A stretch of 64,000 nt of DNA, taken from positions 49,119 through 113,118 of IMG/VR virus record IMGVR_UViG_3300033066_001786; one strand, 5' to 3'. The notes under the pieces are model-generated. The model was not told where the DNA came from and searched no databases. It saw nothing but the letters and a program-made list of their open reading frames with translations. Position 1 is the stretch's first letter. Every line of letters starts with the position of its first letter. The position numbers and the translations under genes are program-made. The stretch is from a virus. Lineage: Duplodnaviria > Caudoviricetes. Below are positions 1 to 10,448 of the stretch, one piece after another.

Positions 1-111
1 TTTTACAATCACAGGATTAGTAAAAAAGAAGATGCTGCTATATTCGAAACTAGAAAGGTAGAATCTATGCTACATATACAAGAAATCGAAGAAAGACTAA
101 AATATTTCTAA
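1..111 (+). CDS. 3' end of a gene truncated by the window edge
   Basis: Open frame 1 (FYNHRISKKEDAAIFE...RLKYF) ending TAA at 109-111. Confidence 0.6.
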   Translation, partial: FYNHRISKKEDAAIFETRKVESMLHIQEIEERLKYF

Positions 112-113
112 AT

Positions 114-123
114 TTGATAAATA
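114..123 (+). promoter_or_regulatory. T4-late-like promoter TTGATAAATA
   Basis: Intergenic motif repeated exactly at 15747, 30666, 36325, 36812, 54001, 56896, each just upstream of a gene. Confidence 0.7.
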
Positions 124-150
124 ATATAATAAAGTATCGTAAGGGCCAAG

Positions 151-1584
151 ATGCTATTAAATGACATTACTATAACTAATGAACATAAAGTTGCGAAGAT
201 AAATACCTTTCTTAAGGAAAAGTATGGGTTTTCCTTACCAACTAATGCAAGTGTAGATAAACTTGAAGAAGCATATGATTATTTAAAAAATAGTCTAGTT
301 GACATGAAAAGAAGAAAAATGTCACCTAATGACCCAGATTATATTAAGGGCCTGCTTGTATTTGAAGGTGTACAAGTTCTACTTGATAGGGAATATGTTA
401 ATAGCAACATACCTAATCGCACTTTTAGAAAAGTGATTACAGATTTAGTAGATAAAGGCATAAACTTAATACGCCTAGGCGATACATTCAAAGAAGCCAT
501 GAATAGCTTAATGCGAGATTACAGATCGAGTATATATCGTTACAATGATTCCACTATCGAATCTGAAGTATCAAACGGATTAAAGGGTTTTTTTAAAAAA
601 GAATTAGCAGAAATGGAAGCTGAACATATGCAAACAACAAATAATGAAATTTTAGAAAATGAATTACAATGCGGCGCAGAAGTCCAGCCCATATTAAACG
701 ACGAAGAACGCGATCAATTAATTGCAAATGACTATGTAATACACGATGTGTGTGTATTAGTTAAATTACTTGATTATTATAGCGACGAAATTAGCAGCTC
801 AGGTATTGACGCAGCTGACACTGACGCCCTTATCGATTGTGTAAGAAGTTACTTAGCAAGAGATATCGGCGGGATGGAACAAGAAGCATATGATTACAGA
901 AAAGAAGCACCGGTTAATAGAAAAGACAGAGAAGAGATATCCAGAGAAGTAAGAGATGCAGCCTCAGTATATTTAAAAAATAAAGATAGCAAGTTAAGTG
1001 TTATGGGTTTAGAACCAAAAACAGATGACGGACGTCAAACTTTTATACACCCTAAATTCATCAAGAAAGAAAGTATCGATGAATCATATATTAAGAGAGT
1101 GCGCTCTTTACTTGAAAGCGAAGTGGGCCAAGCAGAAGTTTTAATGGCAGCAAAAGGCTTTGCTAAAGATTTGCAAGAAATGATAGAAAAATTAGGAAGA
1201 CTAGTTAACGAAGATTTAGGCCCGGTAGTTGATCAAATGAGAGAAACATACGGCATGGATGTTGCGGAACATTTTTCAGATACTATGAGAAGCGATATGG
1301 ACAGTGCTTTAGATTTGTTACTTTCGTTAAAAGACAATATTGAATTATCTGTACATAACATTGCAGACGGAGAATACAATTCCCAAGAAAACGACATGGA
1401 TGTTATGCCTAGCAACGACAAAACAGATTTGAGTGTAGATTTAGGTGCTAACGCAGAGTTTGGCGATGATTTCGGCGATGTTTCAACTGAAGAACCATTA
1501 GGAAGACCAACTAAAGAATCAGTTGAACACTTAAGAGCACAAATTACCGAAATGAAAAATGCACTCAAAAAAGTCAAGAAATAA
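151..1584 (+). CDS. Hypothetical acidic, coiled-coil protein, possibly virion/head assembly
   Basis: 477 aa ORF directly after a late-type promoter; function inferred from context only. Confidence 0.55.
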   Translation: MLLNDITITNEHKVAKINTFLKEKYGFSLPTNASVDKLEEAYDYLKNSLVDMKRRKMSPNDPDYIKGLLVFEGVQVLLDREYVNSNIPNRTFRKVITDLVDKGINLIRLGDTFKEAMNSLMRDYRSSIYRYNDSTIESEVSNGLKGFFKKELAEMEAEHMQTTNNEILENELQCGAEVQPILNDEERDQLIANDYVIHDVCVLVKLLDYYSDEISSSGIDAADTDALIDCVRSYLARDIGGMEQEAYDYRKEAPVNRKDREEISREVRDAASVYLKNKDSKLSVMGLEPKTDDGRQTFIHPKFIKKESIDESYIKRVRSLLESEVGQAEVLMAAKGFAKDLQEMIEKLGRLVNEDLGPVVDQMRETYGMDVAEHFSDTMRSDMDSALDLLLSLKDNIELSVHNIADGEYNSQENDMDVMPSNDKTDLSVDLGANAEFGDDFGDVSTEEPLGRPTKESVEHLRAQITEMKNALKKVKK

Positions 1585-1913
1585 TGAGACTATACGAGAT
1601 CGATTCAGGTTATGATGTGTCTACTTTAAAAGTAGACACTGAATCGCTTCTTATGAACTTATTAGCGGATGGCGTTACAAAAGTTGATACTGCCAAAGTA
1701 GTAAATTATTTAAACCAATTAGGTAATACTGTTACTACTGATTCGATTCAATCTATATTACATGCAATACCTAATGTAGTAGAATCTAATAGCGAATATA
1801 TTACGTTAGGTAACGACGAAGCAACTGGATCCGACGAAAATACCAAAGATGATAATGCAGATGCTGTAGAAAAGATGGCAATAGATTCTGCAGAAAAGAG
1901 TATAAACAAATGA
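1584..1913 (+). CDS. Hypothetical protein
   Basis: 109 aa, TAATG coupling to upstream gene. Confidence 0.7.
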   Translation: MRLYEIDSGYDVSTLKVDTESLLMNLLADGVTKVDTAKVVNYLNQLGNTVTTDSIQSILHAIPNVVESNSEYITLGNDEATGSDENTKDDNADAVEKMAIDSAEKSINK

Positions 1914-2245
1914 GTTGCGAATCAAAAGGTTTTTTAACAGCAGTAGATGCACGTAGTTCATCTAGAGACTATCAGACAATTTTTTCTGAAATATGCACAA
2001 TAGAGCATGCGATTTTAGATTCTGTTGATTCTAAGCTTTTTAGTGCATTAGTTGACCATAATAGTGCTTCTATTATGACTACTGACGAAGCGTACTATAA
2101 TTCCTATAATAAAATTTCTGTTAGTAGAGAAATCGACGACCAAATTCAATATGTTAGCAGCTATTTTACTTCACTCGGTTACACTTTTAGAATACAAACA
2201 GACCCAAGCACAACAAATACACTTCAATGGTATATCTCCTGGTAA
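1910..2245 (+). CDS. Hypothetical protein
   Basis: 111 aa, overlaps upstream stop. Confidence 0.7.
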   Translation: MSCESKGFLTAVDARSSSRDYQTIFSEICTIEHAILDSVDSKLFSALVDHNSASIMTTDEAYYNSYNKISVSREIDDQIQYVSSYFTSLGYTFRIQTDPSTTNTLQWYISW

Positions 2246-2258
2246 TTTAGAAATTTGC

Positions 2259-2286
2259 TTGTTTTATTTTGTTTAAACTGTATAAT
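2259..2286 (+). promoter_or_regulatory. sigma70-like promoter inside an RBS-masking hairpin
   Basis: TTGTTT-N16-TATAAT; flanks TTTTATTTTGT/ACAAATAAGA and ATTTG/CAAAT can pair. Confidence 0.5.
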
Positions 2287-2310
2287 TTATACAAATAAGA
2301 AGAAAAACAA

Positions 2311-2991
2311 ATGCAAATCTCGAATACATACACTTTCCCCGTTTTAAATAGAATAGATTCGGATTCCGGAAGAAAATACGTAACCCCGGAAGGTGAACAC
2401 TTACCTTCTGTTACTACTATACTTTCCGCAACAAAAGAAAATGAAATAGGTTTAATAAAGTGGAGAGAAAGGGTAGGGGAAGACGAAGCAAACCGAATTG
2501 TTAAAGAATCGACAGATATAGGTACAGCACTACATAGTAACTTAGAGAATCATTTATTAACTAATACACCGCCTACAGGGTCTGTATTAGTTAAATTAAT
2601 GACAAAGTTAGTCATAGACAAAGGCCTAACAAATGTGTCAACAGTGTGGGGTTTAGAATCACCGTTATACGCTAAGGGATTATTTGCAGGAACAACTGAC
2701 TTGATTGCAACATATAAAGGTAATTTGGCAATTGTCGACTATAAGAATAGTAAAACAATTAAAAAAGAAGAATATGTTTTAGATTATTATACTCAACTTT
2801 GTGCATATTCGATGGCATTCAACGAAATGTTCAACGAGAACATTAAAGTTGGTTATATTTTAATGGCATCGAGAGATTTAAAATTTAAAGAATATGAATT
2901 ATCCGGTAGTAACTTTATAAAACATAAAAGCATTTGGGACAGTAAACTAGAGAAGTTCTACGGTTCAGATAAATACAATAATAAGATTTGA
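2311..2991 (+). CDS. PD-(D/E)XK exonuclease (lambda-exo/Cas4-like)
   Basis: PSVTTIL, GTALH, E..L, AGTTD, IVDYKNS, QLCAY motifs. Confidence 0.85.
   Translation: MQISNTYTFPVLNRIDSDSGRKYVTPEGEHLPSVTTILSATKENEIGLIKWRERVGEDEANRIVKESTDIGTALHSNLENHLLTNTPPTGSVLVKLMTKLVIDKGLTNVSTVWGLESPLYAKGLFAGTTDLIATYKGNLAIVDYKNSKTIKKEEYVLDYYTQLCAYSMAFNEMFNENIKVGYILMASRDLKFKEYELSGSNFIKHKSIWDSKLEKFYGSDKYNNKI
2968..2975 (+). promoter_or_regulatory. Late-like promoter GATAAATA
   Basis: Motif 23 nt upstream of the ATG at 2999, followed by SD GAGG. Confidence 0.55.
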
Positions 2992-2998
2992 GGATAAT

Positions 2999-4492
2999 AT
3001 GCCATCTGACCAATTTGGGAATAGAATTTATTCGCGTATGTTAAATAGGCGCGGTAATCGTGTTAATTTACCGCAACCTTTAGAACCCGCCGAATTAGGT
3101 TGGGCAACTGATGTTAAGAAGTTATATATCGGTTTAGATGATGCCAATGCTCTTCCTATAATTGATTTGTATGAAGGCGTAGGGCTATTAGCAGAAGCTG
3201 AAAACAACATTAACAATAAGATGTTAGAATTTAATACTGTACCTTTTAGATTGTCTACAGTGTCTAATATTTCAGTAACAGGTTTGGGTATATTTAGCGA
3301 AGAAGGGTTAGTTGATAAATTAGACGAAATACCGTCGTCGTTAATGATATCTGAGAATAATAGACAGCCGTTAAATAATATAGAAAACAATTTGATGTTT
3401 TTTGGCGCAGCAAAATCAACAATGAATGATTTGTTAGCAGAATACGGCCAACATCAGTATGTTTATGCATACGATTGGGCTAAATTACCTAATGTGACAG
3501 CTACAGCGTCGGCCTCTATTCTCTTTGGAAATCTTGTATCTGTTAATATTATCGATTATGGTTTAGGTTATTATTCAACAGTTCCAAATATTACTATAAC
3601 AGGCGATGGATCAAATGCCGCTGCATCTGCAACTATATCAAATGGAAGATTATCAGGTATTAATATAGATAATTCTGGTTCAGGTTATACTACACTTTCT
3701 ATTACGATTGATCCTCCAGAGTTGCCCGGTATAGGGGAATCTGCATTAAATTACATCTTCACTTTTCATATGGGTATTTTAGATTTAAACGACGGCACAG
3801 AAATAACAAATGCAAATCTTAAAAGTATTCAAGACGGAATAATAGCATCTGATATTTTTTACGATTGCGGTGTAGTAGGTGTTAACGCATATTCGGGTTT
3901 AGATACTTACCAAAAAAGCTATGCTTTCGTTGACAACGTAATGACGTTGTTATCAACGCCAAGGGCTACTGCAAATATAGCAGGTATTATAAATAGATTA
4001 TCTGCAGATTCGTATATTAGCGGATTAGTCAACGTTAGACAGAATGTTGAAATTTTAACTAGTTTATCAGGAGTAGGAGGCGCAACTACAGATGAAGTTG
4101 TACTTACCTTTGTTTTAGCACCTAGTGCAGTGTTAGTTGATATTTATAGTGTAGAAAATGGTTATTTAGCATGGGATACTGCTGTAACTGAAAATCAAGT
4201 AGTTGAGTATGCATTGGGTTTCGAGGATTCGTTTTGTAGAACCGGACGTTTAAATGTTTCAACATTAAACGCATCGTTAAGTAGTGGTATAGTAGGTGAC
4301 GATTATGTAGACAGTCGAGACGGAGTTTTACCGGTAGATATCGGTGGCCCAGATTTTAATTTTTATGCACACCATGACACTGGAGACGGTTTTGTGTATT
4401 TGCGATACTGTCATGATTTTCCAGACGTAGTTACTTTAAGAGTGCATGTCGAATTAGAATGGCAAGCGTTCCCTTTTGAAGGTCCAATCTAA
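2999..4492 (+). CDS. Putative virion structural (tail) protein
   Basis: RRG..NLPQPLEPAELGWATD N-terminal motif typical of tail-fibre/tropism N-domains; beta-rich GxGY repeats. Confidence 0.6.
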   Translation: MPSDQFGNRIYSRMLNRRGNRVNLPQPLEPAELGWATDVKKLYIGLDDANALPIIDLYEGVGLLAEAENNINNKMLEFNTVPFRLSTVSNISVTGLGIFSEEGLVDKLDEIPSSLMISENNRQPLNNIENNLMFFGAAKSTMNDLLAEYGQHQYVYAYDWAKLPNVTATASASILFGNLVSVNIIDYGLGYYSTVPNITITGDGSNAAASATISNGRLSGINIDNSGSGYTTLSITIDPPELPGIGESALNYIFTFHMGILDLNDGTEITNANLKSIQDGIIASDIFYDCGVVGVNAYSGLDTYQKSYAFVDNVMTLLSTPRATANIAGIINRLSADSYISGLVNVRQNVEILTSLSGVGGATTDEVVLTFVLAPSAVLVDIYSVENGYLAWDTAVTENQVVEYALGFEDSFCRTGRLNVSTLNASLSSGIVGDDYVDSRDGVLPVDIGGPDFNFYAHHDTGDGFVYLRYCHDFPDVVTLRVHVELEWQAFPFEGPI

Positions 4493-4517
4493 CTAGTAAG
4501 AAAAAGGCAGATTATTG

Positions 4518-4931
4518 ATGCAGTGGAACAATAGTACCTTGCAGTCTAAAATATTAGACTGGCGAGTTTTTAGAAGTAATTTAGAAGCATTAACATTAGA
4601 AGAACAACTAAGAAGAATTGCAGAATATTTCTCAACTATACCTACTACTAGTAGATTATTAGATTACTACGATTCTTCCACTTGGCCGACGCCTTGGGAA
4701 ATATTGGATTATTCTGTATTAGATGCAAATTATGTGTCTCTTCTAATGTATCACACTTTAAAGTTGATAAATGTTAGTTCTGAATTACATCTAATAGAGT
4801 CGCCCGATAATAAATACATCGTATTATTAGTTGAACAAAAATATCTGTTAAATTACATTCACAAAGAAGTTGTTAATTTAAACGATTACGTCAGAGAAAT
4901 AAAATTTTTAGAAAAGCATACTGGAGTATAA
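4518..4931 (+). CDS. Hypothetical protein
   Basis: ORF with WPTPWE motif, abuts nrdA. Confidence 0.65.
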   Translation: MQWNNSTLQSKILDWRVFRSNLEALTLEEQLRRIAEYFSTIPTTSRLLDYYDSSTWPTPWEILDYSVLDANYVSLLMYHTLKLINVSSELHLIESPDNKYIVLLVEQKYLLNYIHKEVVNLNDYVREIKFLEKHTGV

Positions 4932-7385
4932 ATGCGAGCAATATTAATTAAAAAAAGAGACGGAAGTAAAGAAGAATTTGATGCTGAAAAAATTCATAAA
5001 ATATTATTTTGGGCGACAGAAGGTATTGCAGGTGTTTCAGTTTCCCAGATAGAAATGAAATCACAGCTTCAAATGTATGCAGGCATTAAATCTACAGATA
5101 TACATGAAATTTTGATTGCGGCAGCCCACGAACTTATATGCGAAGATACTCCGAATTATCAATGGGTTGCGGCCCGATTAAGATTGTTTCAGATACGTAA
5201 AGAAGCAATAGGTCAATATGAGCCGATCCCGCTTTTAGATTTAGTTAAAAGAAATGTTAAATTAGAATATTATACAGGTGAATTGCTTAGTTGGTACACT
5301 GAAGAAGAATGGGAAACAATTGATAGTTTCATTCAGCACGACAGGGATTATTCCTATGCATATGCAGGCATTGAACAAATTAGAGGAAAATATTTAGTAC
5401 AGAACAGAGTTTCGAAAACTGTATATGAAACTCCTCAATATATGAATGTGTTAATTGCAGCAACAGTTTTTAATAATTATCCAAAATCTACAAGATTACA
5501 TTTCGTTAAAGAGTTTTATGATTCTTTAAGTAAAATGCAAATATCCTTACCTACACCTATCATGTCAGGTTTGAGGACAAAAGTTAAACAGTTTTCTTCT
5601 TGTGTTTTAATTGAATCCGATGATAGTTTGCAGTCGATAAATGCAACGACTAGTTCTATTGTTAATTACATAAGTCAGAAAGCCGGCATCGGCATAGAAG
5701 CAAGTAAAATTAGGGCAGTTAATTCTCCTATTAGAAACGGAGATGCAAAGCATACAGGTGTTACACCGTTTTTCAGATTGTTTCAAGCTGCTGTTAAAAG
5801 CTGTAGCCAAGGCGGAGTCAGAGGTGGAGCCGCAGTATTAAATTCTGTTTTTTGGCATTTGGAAATTGAGAACATACTCCAGTTGAAAAACAACAAAGGC
5901 ACCGAAGAAAATTCCGCAAGGCAACTTGATTACTGTGTTTTATTCAATGGCTTTGCATATGAGCGTTTATTGTCGGGCGGAGATTTAACTTTATTTAATC
6001 CTTCCGAAGTAAAAGATTTACATGCAGCTTTTTATTCCGATCAGGCAAAATTTAAAGAATTATACGAGAAATACGAAAAGACTCCAGGATTAATGAAAAA
6101 GACTATTCCTGCTAGGGATTTATTTTCGTTGTTTCATACTGAGAGAAAAGAAACTGGACGAATTTATAAATTAAATATTGACCATGCAAACAGTCACGGC
6201 GCATTTAATCCTGAGGTTGCCCCAATTAAAATGTCAAACCTCTGTTTGGAGGTCATACTTCCAACTAATCCAGTTAATGATATTAATGGGGGATTTGAAA
6301 AAACATACATAAAAGTACCGTATGAAAAGTTAGATGATTATTTTGTCTGGAAGGCATTAAATAAAGAATGTGTGTTACGTTCCGGTCTTAATAAATATTT
6401 CTTTGATGCTATGGGCGAAGAAGGAAAAGAGTCAATTGAATATGTATATTTTAATGAATTAGTTGAAATTGAGAAAGCACCGGAAATTGCACTTTGTACA
6501 TTAGCCGCAATCAATATGGGACAAATAAAAGAGTCGATCGATTTTAAAAAGCCCACAGAATTACTTGTCCGTGCATTAAATGAAATATTAGATTATCAAG
6601 ATTATCCAGTTGACGCTGCTAAAATTGCAACTATGAAACGTAGACCGTTAGGTGTAGGTTTTATTAATATTGCATACTGGCTGGCTAAAAACGGTTTTAC
6701 TTATAGTGGAATGGAAGGTCTTTCTAGATGGCACGAAATGACAGAAGCTTTCCAATATTATTTAATTTCTGCAAGTGTAGAAGTAGCAAAAGAAAAAGGA
6801 ATGCCGTGTGCGGCATTTTCCGAAACAAAATATTCAAAGGGTATATTGCCAATTGATACTTACAAGAAGACGATCGATTCCGAAATTGGCAAGATTGATT
6901 TAAAGCTCAATTGGGAAAGATTAAGACAAGATGTATTGACTTACGGTATGTATAATAGTACATTATCTGCAGGGATGCCGTCGGAAGCAAGTTCGCTAGT
7001 AAGTAATGCAACAAACGGATTTGAAGCACCTAGGAGTTATGTTAGTGTTAAAGGCTCAGGAGAAGGCAGATTAAAACAAGTTGTGCCAGGTTTCCCAAAG
7101 CTAAAATCTAAATACGAATTAATGTGGGATCAGAAAGATTGTAGGGGATATTTGCGAATTTGTGCAATTGCACAAAAATTCTTCGATCAGACTATTTCCA
7201 CTAATACGTTTTATAATCCTGACTTCTATGGCGGAGACGTGCCAATGTCAGAATTAATTAAAGATGACATTTATGCATACAAGCTTGGGTTAGCAACATT
7301 GTATTACTGTAATACATATGATGGTCAATCAGACGAAGTAAACGACAAAGACGATGATTGCGCAGGCGGCGCATGTAAAATATAA
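4932..7385 (+). CDS. nrdA: Ribonucleotide reductase class Ia alpha subunit
   Basis: ATP cone (KKRDG), PTP, FSSC, SNLCLE, EIALC, LYY, C-terminal CAGGAC. Confidence 0.97.
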   Translation: MRAILIKKRDGSKEEFDAEKIHKILFWATEGIAGVSVSQIEMKSQLQMYAGIKSTDIHEILIAAAHELICEDTPNYQWVAARLRLFQIRKEAIGQYEPIPLLDLVKRNVKLEYYTGELLSWYTEEEWETIDSFIQHDRDYSYAYAGIEQIRGKYLVQNRVSKTVYETPQYMNVLIAATVFNNYPKSTRLHFVKEFYDSLSKMQISLPTPIMSGLRTKVKQFSSCVLIESDDSLQSINATTSSIVNYISQKAGIGIEASKIRAVNSPIRNGDAKHTGVTPFFRLFQAAVKSCSQGGVRGGAAVLNSVFWHLEIENILQLKNNKGTEENSARQLDYCVLFNGFAYERLLSGGDLTLFNPSEVKDLHAAFYSDQAKFKELYEKYEKTPGLMKKTIPARDLFSLFHTERKETGRIYKLNIDHANSHGAFNPEVAPIKMSNLCLEVILPTNPVNDINGGFEKTYIKVPYEKLDDYFVWKALNKECVLRSGLNKYFFDAMGEEGKESIEYVYFNELVEIEKAPEIALCTLAAINMGQIKESIDFKKPTELLVRALNEILDYQDYPVDAAKIATMKRRPLGVGFINIAYWLAKNGFTYSGMEGLSRWHEMTEAFQYYLISASVEVAKEKGMPCAAFSETKYSKGILPIDTYKKTIDSEIGKIDLKLNWERLRQDVLTYGMYNSTLSAGMPSEASSLVSNATNGFEAPRSYVSVKGSGEGRLKQVVPGFPKLKSKYELMWDQKDCRGYLRICAIAQKFFDQTISTNTFYNPDFYGGDVPMSELIKDDIYAYKLGLATLYYCNTYDGQSDEVNDKDDDCAGGACKI

Positions 7386-7397
7386 TGGAAGAAAATA

Positions 7398-8534
7398 ATG
7401 AAGTATAAGACTTTTGAAACAGAAAAAAATGATATTTTAAAAGAGCCGATGTTCTTTGGTAATCCAATTAACATTTCTAGGTTCGATAAACAAAAATATC
7501 CATTTTTCGAAAAGCAAACAAAAAAACAATTAAGTTTCTTTTGGATACCCGAGGAAATTAGTTTAGATCAAGATTCGTCTAATTTTCATAAGAATCTTGA
7601 TGCAGCTAGTCAGCACATATTTACGTCTAATTTGAAGTATCAGATTATACTAGATTCTGTCCAAGGCAGGGCACCTAATATTGCCCTTCTTCCTCACACT
7701 TCTTTGCCTGAGCTTGAATCTTTTATTGAAACTTGGACAATGTTTGAGAATTTACATTCTCGTTCTTATACTCACTTAATTAAAAATATATACCCAGATC
7801 CGGGTAAAATATTAGACGATGTAGTTGATGTAAAAGAAATAGTAGAACGTGCGCAAGCAGTTACTAGTTATTATGATAGTTTTATTGAATATGCTAACTG
7901 GTATAATATGTTAGGTTATGGCAAACATATTGTTAACGGTGAGGAAATATACATAAATGAAGTAGAATTGCATAAGAAGTTATTCCTTATGTTAGTTGCA
8001 ATTAACATCCTCGAAGGTGTTCGTTTTTATGTGAGTTTTGCATGTACTTGGGGATTCTCCGAAGCACTCGGTTTAATGAATAAAAGTGCAAAGATAATTA
8101 AAATGATATGCAGAGATGAAAATTTGCATCTTGCAGTTACTTCTACTATAATTAAAAAATTCTTAGATGGCAGCGAAGGCGAGTTGATTAAGAGAGTTGC
8201 AAACGATTGTAAAGAAGAAGTTTACAATATGTATTCAATTGCAGTAGAACAAGAGAAAGAATGGGCAGATTATTTATTTAAAGATGGGTCTATAATAGGG
8301 CTAAATGCAGAAATTCTTAAAGATTATGTAGAATATATTGCAGACCGGCGTTTAAAAGGAATTGGACTAGAACCAATGTTTAAGCAAACTAGTAATCCGT
8401 TACCTTGGACAGAGCACTGGATCGGGTCAAAAGAAACACAAGTTGCCCCGCAAGAAGAAGAAATAACTTCGTATCTTGTAGGTGGTATTAAAAATGATCT
8501 CGGCGATGATAGTTTCGCCGGACTAAGTTTATAA
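7398..8534 (+). CDS. nrdB: Ribonucleotide reductase beta subunit
   Basis: FFWIPEE, LDSVQ, ENLHSRSY, LEGVRFY, RDENLH, VAPQE..SY. Confidence 0.97.
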   Translation: MKYKTFETEKNDILKEPMFFGNPINISRFDKQKYPFFEKQTKKQLSFFWIPEEISLDQDSSNFHKNLDAASQHIFTSNLKYQIILDSVQGRAPNIALLPHTSLPELESFIETWTMFENLHSRSYTHLIKNIYPDPGKILDDVVDVKEIVERAQAVTSYYDSFIEYANWYNMLGYGKHIVNGEEIYINEVELHKKLFLMLVAINILEGVRFYVSFACTWGFSEALGLMNKSAKIIKMICRDENLHLAVTSTIIKKFLDGSEGELIKRVANDCKEEVYNMYSIAVEQEKEWADYLFKDGSIIGLNAEILKDYVEYIADRRLKGIGLEPMFKQTSNPLPWTEHWIGSKETQVAPQEEEITSYLVGGIKNDLGDDSFAGLSL

Positions 8535-8544
8535 GGTACATATA

Positions 8545-8832
8545 ATGTTACAAGAAATAAAAACTAACAACGTAAAAGGGTTTGTTTTTTCAAATGGGTT
8601 AGAATCTATTTGTAAAATAATAGAAGAAACAGAATCTACATATGTTGTAGAATGCTTGCGTTTAATAATTATGAACCCAGTTGGGGAATTGGCACTTAAA
8701 CCTTTCCCGAATACAATTAACGATAATGAAAAACTAACAGTATACAAGAACGGTTTAACGATGGAATTTGATCCCGAATCGAACATTGTTAAACAGTATA
8801 GTCAATTAACTACTACTATCGCCTTAATCTAA
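8545..8832 (+). CDS. Hypothetical protein (possible Sm-like fold)
   Basis: 95 aa ORF with SD AAGG. Confidence 0.6.
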   Translation: MLQEIKTNNVKGFVFSNGLESICKIIEETESTYVVECLRLIIMNPVGELALKPFPNTINDNEKLTVYKNGLTMEFDPESNIVKQYSQLTTTIALI

Positions 8833-9221
8833 TGCATTACGACCTAAGTAGGAATCTATGTGAGATTCTAGAGGAGTCTGACTCCGTTAAGCATCTGATA
8901 AAATACAATAGCGATTTTGCAGGCGAATTATATTCTTCATTGTGTAATATTGAGTGGGTAGATTTAGAAGCTAAATTACCAGAAGGTGTTGATGCAATGG
9001 TTGATAAACTTAACGGAGTTACATACAATACTACATGGTCGTGTTCCTGGCGAGCAGCAGGTGGCATAGTAGCCGATCTTAGAAATAAGTACCTAAAAGC
9101 AAACGAAGATTACATGGACTGGTATTGTCGTGGAAACGAAGGTTATGTTAGCGATTTAGTTTTACACACTCTTGCACAGCATGGTTTTAAACCGAGGGAA
9201 ATATCTTGCGAAACTATTTAA
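8832..9221 (+). CDS. Hypothetical protein
   Basis: 129 aa; SCSWRAAGGIVADLR and DYMDWYC motifs. Confidence 0.7.
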   Translation: MHYDLSRNLCEILEESDSVKHLIKYNSDFAGELYSSLCNIEWVDLEAKLPEGVDAMVDKLNGVTYNTTWSCSWRAAGGIVADLRNKYLKANEDYMDWYCRGNEGYVSDLVLHTLAQHGFKPREISCETI

Positions 9222-10060
9222 ATTTATTAAGTGAAATATTAGAAGAAGGTACAGATTATGATGATCGTACTGGAGTAGGTTCTAAAAGTATTTTTGGTTC
9301 GACTATGAGGTGGGATTTATCTAAAGGTTTCCCAATTATAACAACTCGCAAAGTACCCTTTAGGTTTGCATTTGAAGAAACTATGTTATTTTTGCGCGGA
9401 CAAACAGATACTAAAATACTAGAAGAAAAAAACATCAACATATGGCAAGGCAACACCTCCCGAGAATTTTTAGACAGTAGAGGACTATTTGATTTAGAAG
9501 ACGGTTCGCTAGGATTAGGTTACTCGCACCAATGGCGTAATTTCGGGGGAGAATTAAATATTGAAGGGTCAGGGGTTGACCAAATTAAGAATTTACTTAA
9601 CGGTTTAAAAAACAACCCAAACGATAGAAGACACATTGTAACAGCATGGAACCCAACCCAGCTTAGTGGCACACCGTTGCCTCCCTGCCATTTAATGAAC
9701 ATGTATGCAGTAGAGAACGGCAAACTTAATAGCTGTTGGATACAAAGGTCCTGCGATACTGTCTATGGCATCCCAATGAACATAATGTGTTATGCATTCT
9801 TAAATATTGCATTTTCTAAGATATTAGGATTAGAACCCGGTAAGCTAGTGTTTTTTGGGTGGAACGTACACATATATAATAATCAGATAAGTATAGCTTC
9901 TGATCAAATTACACGTAAACCTTTTAGTTTGCCAACTCTTAATATTGCAAAAGATTTAACTTGTTTAGAAGATTTATTGCTGTTACAATATGAAGATATA
10001 AAAATAGAAAACTATATTTCTCACCCTGATTATCCAAATAAACCTAAAATGGCAACTTGA
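9206..10060 (+). CDS. thyA: Thymidylate synthase
   Basis: DRTGVG, QWRNF, RRHIVTAWNP, PPCH, QRSCD..G.P.N, HIY; TTG start. Confidence 0.95.
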   Translation: MRNYLNLLSEILEEGTDYDDRTGVGSKSIFGSTMRWDLSKGFPIITTRKVPFRFAFEETMLFLRGQTDTKILEEKNINIWQGNTSREFLDSRGLFDLEDGSLGLGYSHQWRNFGGELNIEGSGVDQIKNLLNGLKNNPNDRRHIVTAWNPTQLSGTPLPPCHLMNMYAVENGKLNSCWIQRSCDTVYGIPMNIMCYAFLNIAFSKILGLEPGKLVFFGWNVHIYNNQISIASDQITRKPFSLPTLNIAKDLTCLEDLLLLQYEDIKIENYISHPDYPNKPKMAT

Positions 10061-10061
10061 T

Positions 10062-10448
10062 ATGCTCGACGAAGTCACAGTTAGTAAATTAGATGAGGCA
10101 ATATCTTATCTGCTATATTTGCATTCTACTCAAGATTGCCAGACATTCTTAATGGCTAAGAAATTAGAAACTGGCGTTAATACTAACGTTACTATTTTTA
10201 ATTCTATTTTAGCAAGACTTGATGCAACAGAAGATGCAATAATAGATTGCGAAGCCAACGTAGATAGTTGTAGAAAAGATGTTTCTAGTTTAGATGATTT
10301 AGTAGACGATGCAAATAAGTTTGCCATGCAGTTAGAATCGAAAATAGAAGATGTGTCGGATAATATAGATTTGGCAGAAAGAGAATTAAAAGAAATCGAA
10401 AAAAGAATTAGTAGCTTAGAATATGATGTAAGTAGGATAGAGACATGA
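10062..10448 (+). CDS. Coiled-coil hypothetical protein
   Basis: Heptad repeats. Confidence 0.65.
   Translation: MLDEVTVSKLDEAISYLLYLHSTQDCQTFLMAKKLETGVNTNVTIFNSILARLDATEDAIIDCEANVDSCRKDVSSLDDLVDDANKFAMQLESKIEDVSDNIDLAERELKEIEKRISSLEYDVSRIET

Noticed and set aside
2311-2991. Cas4 / CRISPR system
   Set aside because: No Fe-S cysteines, no other cas genes, and no repeat-spacer array seen in the window.
6285-6482. Intein or intron in nrdA
   Set aside because: No Cys/Ser start with His-Asn end, too short, in frame, no endonuclease motif.
9206-10060. dCMP hydroxymethylase instead of ThyA
   Set aside because: Keeps the dUMP-specifying Asn (GIPMN) and standard TS motifs.
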